Below, piece by piece: positions 9,479-17,386 of a stretch of DNA of 64,000 nt. Each line of letters starts with the position of its first letter. Positions within the stretch are counted from its first letter, which is position 1. Both the position numbers and the translations under genes were made by a program. Location of the stretch: NCBI GenBank assembly GCA_043812195.1, contig JBDRML010000016.1, positions 22,093 through 86,092 of the forward strand. The letters run 5' to 3'. Source of the DNA: Candidatus Woesearchaeota archaeon (lineage in GTDB: Archaea > Nanobdellota > Nanobdellia > SCGC-AAA011-G17 > PNOQ01). The notes below the pieces were generated by a model. The model was not told the DNA's origin and did not search any database. It saw only the letters and a program-made list of their open reading frames with translations.

Positions 9479-9850
9479 AAAATAGCATTACTAATACCAT
9501 CTTTTCTTCCAATGAATGAAGGAGCAAAAAATGGATTTTTAGTTCCTTCTCAAGATTTAGAATTATTTACAGAAAAAGTAACCGTTTAGCTACCTTTTGC
9601 TTTATCGACGATAAACATGATTTTTCACAAAAATGGCCAAAATTGGCTCAGTGACGTTTTTATTCTCGATAAATTAGTTTTTCACTTTCTTTCAGTGGGC
9701 GATCAGCTAAACGGTTACCAGAAAAACAAACATTTTAATACAAAATAAAGACTTAAGAGAAAAATGTCTTTAGAATCAGAAAATATATACAAAACTAAAT
9801 TCATAACAGAAAAAATTATAAAGCAAATAATTGATCTTTATAGTAAATGA
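9477..9850 (+). pseudogene. remnant glycosyltransferase gene: ~34 N-terminal codons (MKIALLIPSFLPMNEGAKNGF...) and ~37 C-terminal codons (near-identical to the GT4 7093..8307 C-terminus) separated by a 141-bp inverted-repeat element
   Basis: Seen directly: 9735..9850 matches 8193..8307 (…ESENIYKTKFITEKIIKQII…*); 9477..9577 encodes a GT4-like N-terminus with no downstream body. Confidence 0.5.
9578..9718. repeat. inverted-repeat element: 14-bp perfect terminal inverted repeats (GTAACCGTTTAGCT / AGCTAAACGGTTAC) around a 113-bp core with internal imperfect direct repeats (CGATAAAc.tgaTTTTTCAC); MITE-like or recombination scar
   Basis: Seen directly in sequence; the same 14-20 nt motif recurs at 39831..39881 and 55901..55918. 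Confidence 0.6.
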
Positions 9851-9891
9851 GTTCATAAGTTTTATAAAACAAATCTCGATTATTTCTGATA

Positions 9892-10869
9892 ATGAAAAAA
9901 GCACTTATTACAGGTATTACTGGTCAAGATGGTTCTTACTTAGCAGAATTATTATTAAATAAGGAATATGAAGTTCACGGAATCGTAAGAAGAGCAGCAA
10001 TAGAAGATTCCAATCATAGATTAAGTAGAATTAAACATATAGAAGACAGCATAGAACTACATCCGGGATCTCTCGAAGCATATCCTACCATATTCAATAT
10101 TTTTCAAGAAGTCAAACCAGATGAATGTTATCATCTGGCATCACAGAGTTTTGTTTTTGAATCATTTAAAGATCCATTCACAACATTCAATACAAACATT
10201 TATGGAACACTTCATGTTTTAGAAGCATTAAAAAGAGTAACACCAAATTGTAGATTCTATTTTGCAGGCACATCTGAAATGTTCGGAAATATAAAAGAAT
10301 CACCACAAAATGAAAAAACCCCTTTCCACCCAAGATCTCCATATGGAATATCTAAAAACACTGGATTTGATTTAACTAGAAATTATAGGGAAGGTCACAA
10401 TATATTTGGAGCTTCTGGAATATTATTCAACCATGAATCGCCGAGAAGAGGCCTAGAATTTGTTACAAGAAAAATAACAGATGGAGTTGCAAAAATAAAA
10501 CATGGTTTAGAAAGTGAATTAAGATTAGGAAACTTAGACGCTAAAAGAGATTGGGGGTTTGCTAAAGACTATGTAGAAGCCATGTGGATGATGTTACAAG
10601 CTGAAGAACCATCAGATTATGTGGTTTCCTCAGGAAGATCGCACTCCATAAGAGATTTCTTAGATATCGCATTCAACCATGTTGGTTTAGAATTTAGGGA
10701 TTATGTCAAAGTTGATCCAAAATTCTTAAGACCAGCAGAGGTACACACACTACAAGGAGATTCATCAAAAATAAAAACAGAACTTGGATGGGAACCCAAA
10801 ACAGAATTTGGGGATCTAATAAAAATGATGGTAGATCATGATATGGAAAGAGTCAAAAAAGAATTGTAA
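9892..10869 (+). CDS. gmd: GDP-mannose 4,6-dehydratase
   Basis: MKKALITGITGQDGSYLAELLLNKEYEVHGIVRR N-terminus and overall length are characteristic of Gmd. Confidence 0.9.
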   Translation: MKKALITGITGQDGSYLAELLLNKEYEVHGIVRRAAIEDSNHRLSRIKHIEDSIELHPGSLEAYPTIFNIFQEVKPDECYHLASQSFVFESFKDPFTTFNTNIYGTLHVLEALKRVTPNCRFYFAGTSEMFGNIKESPQNEKTPFHPRSPYGISKNTGFDLTRNYREGHNIFGASGILFNHESPRRGLEFVTRKITDGVAKIKHGLESELRLGNLDAKRDWGFAKDYVEAMWMMLQAEEPSDYVVSSGRSHSIRDFLDIAFNHVGLEFRDYVKVDPKFLRPAEVHTLQGDSSKIKTELGWEPKTEFGDLIKMMVDHDMERVKKEL

Positions 10870-10870
10870 A

Positions 10871-12025
10871 ATGAATATTTGTTTGATAAACCCTTCTTTC
10901 TTTCCAGTTAGAGGGGGAGGAGAACAATTAACATATGACGTTGCAAAGGAATTATCAAATTCAAACAAAGTAGTAATCGCAACAGAACAGTTACCAAACA
11001 CAAAACCTATAGAAATAATAAACAACATAAAGGTATACAGAGCAAAAACTTCAAAAATTCCATTCTTAAGATTATTTTTAAATCAAATATATTTCTACAA
11101 AATGTTGCTAAAAATAATCGATAAAGAAAAAATAAATTTGCTTCATATGTTTCACCTTTTCAATTTGGGAGGTGCGGCAGTTTTAGCCAAAAGAAAGAAA
11201 AAATTAAAACTAATAACTAGTCTAATTGGATGGGACACATATGATCCAATAAAACCTGTTCCAAAATACGCATTTCCATACATGGCATGGGTAATGAACA
11301 ACTCAGACACTGTATTAACTAGCTCTAAACACTTATTAAAATCTGCAAGAAAACAAGGTGCAAGAAAACAAATTCCAATAATCTCACATGGAACAAATTT
11401 GCATAGAATAAAGCAAAAAACAATAGATATAAAAAAAAAATATAACATAAAAAAAGATGAAAAAATTGTTTTCTCTCTTCAAAGACTTCACAAAAGAAAA
11501 GGTTTAGAATATTTAATTCTTGCAGCCAAAAAAGTTCTGGCAAACAAACCAAATATAAAATTCATAATCGGAGGAAAGGGTCCTGAACTAAATAATTTAA
11601 AAGTACTTGCCAAAAGACTAAGACTAGAAAAAAATATTATATTCGCTGGATTCATACCAGACGAAGAATTAAACAATTACTATCAAACTGCAGATCTCTT
11701 CTCATTGCCAAGTCTTTACGAAGGGTTTGGAATAGTTTATGTGGATGCTCTAATCAATGGATTACCAATAGCAACAACAAAATGTGGCGGTTCAGAAGAA
11801 ATGGTAAACAAATCAAATGGAATTTTAGTAAAACCAAAAAGTAGCGAACAATTAGCCAATGCAATCTTAGAAGTATTAAACAAAACATGGAATAAAAAAG
11901 AAATCAAGAAAAATGCTGAAAAATATAAATGGGAAAATATAATAAAAAAATACGAAGAAATTTATGAAAAACTATCTTTTTCTGTATCTAATAACCCAAA
12001 ACAACACATTCTTAATCCAAGCTAA
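10871..12025 (+). CDS. GT4 family glycosyltransferase
   Basis: Start moved to in-frame ATG at 10871 (MNICLINPSFFPVRGGGEQ), just after the gmd stop; C-terminal EGFGIVYVDALINGLPIATTKCGG GT4 signature. Confidence 0.8.
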   Translation: MNICLINPSFFPVRGGGEQLTYDVAKELSNSNKVVIATEQLPNTKPIEIINNIKVYRAKTSKIPFLRLFLNQIYFYKMLLKIIDKEKINLLHMFHLFNLGGAAVLAKRKKKLKLITSLIGWDTYDPIKPVPKYAFPYMAWVMNNSDTVLTSSKHLLKSARKQGARKQIPIISHGTNLHRIKQKTIDIKKKYNIKKDEKIVFSLQRLHKRKGLEYLILAAKKVLANKPNIKFIIGGKGPELNNLKVLAKRLRLEKNIIFAGFIPDEELNNYYQTADLFSLPSLYEGFGIVYVDALINGLPIATTKCGGSEEMVNKSNGILVKPKSSEQLANAILEVLNKTWNKKEIKKNAEKYKWENIIKKYEEIYEKLSFSVSNNPKQHILNPS

Positions 12026-12619
12026 ATTAAACAAAACTGCAAACAACAACAACAAAACCACTAATTGATTAAAAATAATCAAAACAGATATAACTAAATT
12101 CTGTATTGCAACATCTACTTCAATTGGTTTCTGATCTTTTGGTTTTGAATCTTCAACATTAAATTTAACTTTAGTAAATAATGCACTATGTCTCCAAAAC
12201 AAGGTGCTTATAATAGCCAAAATAGATAAAACCATAACAAAAAGAGAGGGTTCATTAATATAAATCACAACAGAAATTGCTATAAGAATTATCAATTCCC
12301 TTATTCTATCTAATATTCCATCAAGCCATGCTCCAAATTGAGAAGCTTTTCCTTTAAGTCTAGCAAGTTCTCCATCAACCAAATCAAAAACCCAAGAAAA
12401 CCAATAAACTATTCCTGCAAATACATAATTCCCATTTAATAAGAGAAAAGCAGAAAAGACACCAATTAAAAAACTGAGAACCGTCACAAAATTTGGAGAA
12501 ATAAATCTAAGCTTATAAAAAAGCACAGTAAAGGGATATGAAAACAACCTACTAAACTCGAACAAATAAGATTCCTTAAAAGATTTTCTTCTCCTTCTCC
12601 ATAAAGATTGCATTCTCAA
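11972..12619 (-). CDS. CDP-alcohol phosphatidyltransferase family membrane protein
   Basis: DLVDGELARLKGKASQFGAWLDGILDRIRE matches D-G-x2-A-R-x8-G-x3-D-x3-D. Confidence 0.7.
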   Translation of the reverse strand: MRMQSLWRRRRKSFKESYLFEFSRLFSYPFTVLFYKLRFISPNFVTVLSFLIGVFSAFLLLNGNYVFAGIVYWFSWVFDLVDGELARLKGKASQFGAWLDGILDRIRELIILIAISVVIYINEPSLFVMVLSILAIISTLFWRHSALFTKVKFNVEDSKPKDQKPIEVDVAIQNLVISVLIIFNQLVVLLLLFAVLFNLAWIKNVLFWVIRYRKR

Positions 12620-12709
12620 AAACTACAAAACCTCGTATATAAAGTTTATTAAAATTAATTTAGAATCCACAAAGCTTAAGAATAGTATAACATTCCAAAT
12701 CATGTTTAA

Positions 12710-13471
12710 ATGAATTTAAAAGAGAGATACAATAAAATAAAAGAGCACTCATTCAGCAGAGCCAGAAAATACAAAGGATTTGACAAAATCTACGATACAT
12801 TTATGAGAGTTATAACATTTATACCAGTATTCATTTTATCCTTTTTTCCTATAACAGGTAACGCTGTATCAATATTAGCCATTTTAGGTAATTTTCTAGC
12901 ATTCTATTTATTTATAACTCAACAATTTATTTTAGGTATAATAATCATTTTTGCTACTGAAGTATTAGATTACATGGATGGAACTGTAGCAAGGATAAGA
13001 AATGAAAAAAATCCAATAATGGGTAGCTTTTTAGGAAGGTTATATCATGTAGTTAGTTTTGGGATAATTTTTATCGGTATTTGTATAGGAATTGGTATTT
13101 GGGAGATGGGTATAGTATTAGGGATTAGTTATTATATCAGAGTATATATGATAGAATTAAGAAATAGTCTATTAAACATAGTCCACAAAGATATTCAAAA
13201 ACCAGAAGAAACAAAAAAACAAAACAAATTATATAAATTTATCAAAAATCTTATAGTATTTCCAATAAGTGATGGAAAGGTTATTATTCTAATAATTTTA
13301 ATTAGCATAATATTGGGCATTTTAAAAGAAGTTATGATATTTTATGCAATTCATTCAGTAATTTTAGCTTTAGCAGTATTTGTAATAACATATAGACAAT
13401 TAATAGCAAAAAAGAAGGAACCTACAGAAAATAGTAACATAAACATTAAAAAAGAAGAAGAGGTAAATTAA
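12710..13471 (+). CDS. CDP-alcohol phosphatidyltransferase family membrane protein (second copy)
   Basis: EVLDYMDGTVARIRNEKNPIMGSFLGRLYH; multi-TM. Confidence 0.6.
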   Translation: MNLKERYNKIKEHSFSRARKYKGFDKIYDTFMRVITFIPVFILSFFPITGNAVSILAILGNFLAFYLFITQQFILGIIIIFATEVLDYMDGTVARIRNEKNPIMGSFLGRLYHVVSFGIIFIGICIGIGIWEMGIVLGISYYIRVYMIELRNSLLNIVHKDIQKPEETKKQNKLYKFIKNLIVFPISDGKVIILIILISIILGILKEVMIFYAIHSVILALAVFVITYRQLIAKKKEPTENSNINIKKEEEVN

Positions 13472-13506
13472 AAAATCGTTTCAAAAAACAAAGGAGGAAA
13501 TAAAAA

Positions 13507-13941
13507 ATGAAAATAGTTTATTCATATTATGTATTAGATTTGGTACATAAAGGACACATTCTTCAAATGAGAAATTCTAAAAACTTTGCAGGTGAAGATG
13601 GAAAACTAGTTGTTGGGATTTTAACAGATGAAGCCGCAATGGAAAAAAAACCAAAACCAATTATGCCATTTGACGAGAGGGTAATTCTCGCTAAAGCCAT
13701 AAAATATGCAGATGTAGTTATTCCGCAAGAAACTTATTCTCCAATAGATAATATAAGAAGAATAAAACCAGATATTTTAATGGAATCAGTAAGCCACAAT
13801 GAAAAAGATATAAAAGAAGCGATTGAAGTAATGAAAGAATGGGGTGGTAAAGTCATAATAACTCCAAATTACCCACAACAATCTTCAACAAATTTAAAAA
13901 AAGAATTAAGAAGAACTAACGCTAAAAGGGAGGAAATATAA
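13507..13941 (+). CDS. small cytidylyltransferase, TagD / glycerol-3-phosphate (or ethanolamine-phosphate) cytidylyltransferase-like
   Basis: 144 aa with HxGH motif (VHKGH) near the N-terminus and the TagD-like size. Confidence 0.6.
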   Translation: MKIVYSYYVLDLVHKGHILQMRNSKNFAGEDGKLVVGILTDEAAMEKKPKPIMPFDERVILAKAIKYADVVIPQETYSPIDNIRRIKPDILMESVSHNEKDIKEAIEVMKEWGGKVIITPNYPQQSSTNLKKELRRTNAKREEI

Positions 13942-14876
13942 TGAAAAAAACAAATTTGGCAATCGGAGCGTTAGTAATACTCTTAGGAATAGTATTAATT
14001 TTTCCAATTATATCTGGAGAAGAAAAATTACAGGAAGAGATAACAGGAGACATTGTTAAAAATACAAATGAAATAAAAGTCTTAAAGATGGGTTTAATCC
14101 CTGCAGATGACGCAGCAGAAATGCTAAGAAATTATGAACCTATTAAAGAATACCTATCTGAAAAATTAGGAATTCCAGTAGAAATTCAAGTAACTTCAGA
14201 TTATACTGCTGCAATTGAAGCAATGAGAGCAAAACATATTGATATGGCATGGTTTGGACCATTCTCATACATAATAGCAGCCAATGTTGCAGACGCAGAA
14301 GCAATAGTTAATGGAGTTAAAGAAGATGGAAAATCTACCTACAAATCAATAATAGTAGTTAATGCAAATAGTGGAATAAAAACATTAGAAGATTTAAAAG
14401 GCAAAAGTTTCGCTTTTGTAGATCCAGCATCAACGTCAGGAAATTTAATACCTAGAAAGATGTTAATTGAAAATGGAATAGATCCAGACAACGATTTTAG
14501 CACTCAATATTATGCTGGCACACACAATGCAGTACAATATGCAATAGCAAACGGAAAAGTAGATGCAGGAGCAGATAGTGATAATTCATATTACAGAATG
14601 TTAGAAGCTGGAGAAATAGATTCTGAAGTTAATATAATCATTTACGAATCTGAACCAATTCCGGGATCTCCAATAGCAGTTAGGGGAGGCTTACCTAAAG
14701 ATTTCAAAAAAGCCATCCAAGATGCTTTAATAGCAATGGAAGAACAGACAATCCATAAAGTAGATGGTTGGGGTGGAATTATAAGGTATCAAGCAGTCAC
14801 AGATAGTGATTACGACATTATTAGAGATACTGCAAAAATATTAGGAATGGATGTAACAAACCCAGACGCTACTTAA
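13941..14876 (+). CDS. phnD: phosphonate/phosphite/phosphate ABC transporter substrate-binding protein (PhnD family)
   Basis: Signal/anchor N-terminus; LKMGLIPADDAAEMLRNYEPIKEYLSEKLGIPVEIQVTSDYTAAIEAMRAKHIDMAWFGPFSY matches PhnD-family binding proteins. Confidence 0.7.
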   Translation: MKKTNLAIGALVILLGIVLIFPIISGEEKLQEEITGDIVKNTNEIKVLKMGLIPADDAAEMLRNYEPIKEYLSEKLGIPVEIQVTSDYTAAIEAMRAKHIDMAWFGPFSYIIAANVADAEAIVNGVKEDGKSTYKSIIVVNANSGIKTLEDLKGKSFAFVDPASTSGNLIPRKMLIENGIDPDNDFSTQYYAGTHNAVQYAIANGKVDAGADSDNSYYRMLEAGEIDSEVNIIIYESEPIPGSPIAVRGGLPKDFKKAIQDALIAMEEQTIHKVDGWGGIIRYQAVTDSDYDIIRDTAKILGMDVTNPDAT

Positions 14877-14929
14877 ATAAATTATTTTTTATTTTTTTAT
14901 AATTCTAAAATAAGAAAAATAAAATAAAA

Positions 14930-15676
14930 ATGATAAAAATAGAAAACCTAACCCATACTTACAAAAATAGAAATGAAGAAGCAATTAAATGTATTAATTT
15001 GCACATCAAAAAAGGAGAAAGTATAGTTATAATAGGATCAAGTGGATCTGGAAAATCAACATTACTAAGATGTATCAATAAATTAATAGAACCTAATTCT
15101 GGAAAAATATTAATAGAAGATGAAGATATTATAAATTGTTCAGCTAAAAAAGCAGAAAAAATACGTGGAAAAATTGCAATGATTTTCCAGAATTTCAACC
15201 TTATAGAAAGAGAGAGTGTTCTTAAAAACGTTTTAAATGGAAGATTAAAATATAATAGCACAATCAAAACTTTATTCGGAAAGTTTTCTAAAGAAGATTA
15301 TAATATTGTAAAAGAAAACATCAAAATAGTTGGATTGGAAGGATACGAAGAAGAAAGAATCAATAATTTAAGTGGCGGACAAAAACAAAGAGTCGCTATA
15401 GCAAGAGCATTGTCACAAAAACCAGATATCATTCTAGCTGATGAACCAGTATCAAACTTAGATCCAATGCTAATGACAGAAATAATGGATTTACTTAAAA
15501 GTATTTGTGATAAAAAAAATATAACACTTATAACAAGTTTGCATTTTCTTGAATTTGCAAAAAGATATGGTACAAGAATAATAGGAATGCGAAACGGGCA
15601 GATTGTTTTTAATGGGACCCCAGAAGAACTTACAGAAAGAGACATAGTAGAAATATACCAAAAAACTCAAAACTAA
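14930..15676 (+). CDS. phnC: ABC transporter ATP-binding protein, phosphonate type (PhnC-like)
   Basis: Walker A GSSGSGKST, ABC signature LSGGQKQRVAIARAL, Walker B ILADEP. Confidence 0.8.
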   Translation: MIKIENLTHTYKNRNEEAIKCINLHIKKGESIVIIGSSGSGKSTLLRCINKLIEPNSGKILIEDEDIINCSAKKAEKIRGKIAMIFQNFNLIERESVLKNVLNGRLKYNSTIKTLFGKFSKEDYNIVKENIKIVGLEGYEEERINNLSGGQKQRVAIARALSQKPDIILADEPVSNLDPMLMTEIMDLLKSICDKKNITLITSLHFLEFAKRYGTRIIGMRNGQIVFNGTPEELTERDIVEIYQKTQN

Positions 15677-15677
15677 C

Positions 15678-16478
15678 TTGCCAAAAATGACTAAACTAAA
15701 ACTCCCAAAAAATAAGTATAAAGGAATTATTATAGGTATATTAATAGTCATAATCTATTACTGGGCCATTACTGGAACTGAAACAAGCCCTATTAATTTT
15801 GTCAAAGGTCTTCCAAATATGGCAGATTTCATCAGTAGAATGTTCCCACCAGACATAACTAACTTAGAAAGATTTCTATTAAAAGCTGTAGAAACTCTAC
15901 AAATGGCTATAGTAGGATCAACATTAGGAGCATTAATAGCACTACCATTATCATTTTTGGCTGCAAGAAATATAATGCACAATAAATTAATATATCATAC
16001 AACAAGAACTATATTTGATGCTTTAAGAGGAATTAACGAAATAGTATGGGGTCTAATTTTTGTTTCAATGGTAGGACTAGGACCATTTCCAGGAGTATTA
16101 GCATTAACAGCGCACGTTACAGGTGCGTTAGGAAGATATTTTTCAGAAGCAATAGAAACAGTAGATCCAGAATCAATAAGAGCTATTGTCTCAACAGGAG
16201 CAAGCAAAATTCAAGTAATAGCTAGAGGAATTTTCCCACAAGTTAAACCACTATTTGCCAATTATTCCTTGTACTATTTAGAAAATAATTTCAGAGCTGC
16301 AACAGTCTTAGGATTGGTAGGAGCAGGAGGAATAGGTATGGAGCTCATCACAAGTATGAGACTATTCAAAAACCAAGAAGTTCTAACTATTCTAATAATA
16401 ATGGTATTAATGGTTATAATGATAGATCGATTAAGTGCATTCGTTAGAAAAAAGATAATTAAAATTGAAAATGTTTAA
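15678..16478 (+). CDS. phnE: ABC transporter permease, phosphonate type (PhnE-like)
   Basis: 266 aa, 6 TM helices; position after the PhnD/PhnC genes. Confidence 0.65.
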   Translation: MPKMTKLKLPKNKYKGIIIGILIVIIYYWAITGTETSPINFVKGLPNMADFISRMFPPDITNLERFLLKAVETLQMAIVGSTLGALIALPLSFLAARNIMHNKLIYHTTRTIFDALRGINEIVWGLIFVSMVGLGPFPGVLALTAHVTGALGRYFSEAIETVDPESIRAIVSTGASKIQVIARGIFPQVKPLFANYSLYYLENNFRAATVLGLVGAGGIGMELITSMRLFKNQEVLTILIIMVLMVIMIDRLSAFVRKKIIKIENV

Positions 16479-16723
16479 CAAAAATTAAATAAGACTTTAT
16501 TGCATAATTGCTTCTTCACTCAATTTACCTTCTTTTAAAGCTTGTACCCTTTCACAAACCTCAAAAATTCTTGACAATCCAATATTCATTGCTTTAACCA
16601 AAGTAGGATTAAATTTAGAAAGAACAGAATCTTCATAATACCTTGATTTAATATCAGCTATTCTTTATCTAAAAAACATTCTCGCACCATTTACATTACA
16701 TGCATAGCCCACTTATAATCTCA

Positions 16724-17386
16724 TTATGCATCAATCTTTGATACAGCCTTATAACTATTCTTAAATGAATAAATAACCATTAAACTTGTTATCAACAAAT
16801 AACCTAAATTTAATACCATCATTAAACCAAGTATTTTACCAATAATTATCATAGGCAAATAACCTTCAAAACTTAAAGCAATTCTTATTACTTCGTTCTG
16901 TTTTCCACCGACTTTCTTACTTTTTTTGTTTGTAGTTTTTAGTAGATTATCTTTGTATCTAAAAGAAATCTGACTAAGCAAATAAAATATTGCAGATGTT
17001 ACACCAACCACTAAATAACCACTTCCAATTCCAACACCTATTAAAAGCGTTATTAAAGATACAATATGAAACATGTGGTCTAAATATGCATATGTCTTAT
17101 TGTTTAAGTTATTTGTTGAGTGTGCTATTGCACCATCTACGCAATCTAAAATATGGCCCAAAATTAAGAACAACATTCCAATCCAAAACTCATTAGATAA
17201 AAAGAAAATTATTGCAGGTATTCTACTTAAGATTGCTAACCAAGTGATTGTATCTGGCTTTATCTTTAACCATTTAAATGAATAATAGAATGGAATTGAA
17301 AGTATTATTAAACAACAATATACTATCTTCCATATTAAAGGATTATTCTTAAACTTCCTTTTTATGGTTACTTCGTATAGTTCCAA
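16724..17386 (-). CDS. CDP-alcohol phosphatidyltransferase-like membrane protein (third, divergent copy)
   Basis: DCVDGAIAHSTNN...GVGIGSG is a D-x2-D-G-x2-A-[RH] variant; multi-TM. Confidence 0.4.
   Translation of the reverse strand: MELYEVTIKRKFKNNPLIWKIVYCCLIILSIPFYYSFKWLKIKPDTITWLAILSRIPAIIFFLSNEFWIGMLFLILGHILDCVDGAIAHSTNNLNNKTYAYLDHMFHIVSLITLLIGVGIGSGYLVVGVTSAIFYLLSQISFRYKDNLLKTTNKKSKKVGGKQNEVIRIALSFEGYLPMIIIGKILGLMMVLNLGYLLITSLMVIYSFKNSYKAVSKIDA

Noticed and set aside
16498-16665. Start-less open frame on the minus strand (…DIKSRYYEDSVLSKFNPTLVKAMNIGLSRIFEVCERVQALKEGKLSEEAIMQ*) between phnE and the third CDP-alcohol transferase gene; possible C-terminal stub of a lost enzyme gene
   Set aside because: Only ~55 codons, no initiation codon apart from an internal Met, no recognisable motif. 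Cannot be distinguished from a chance ORF without a database search.
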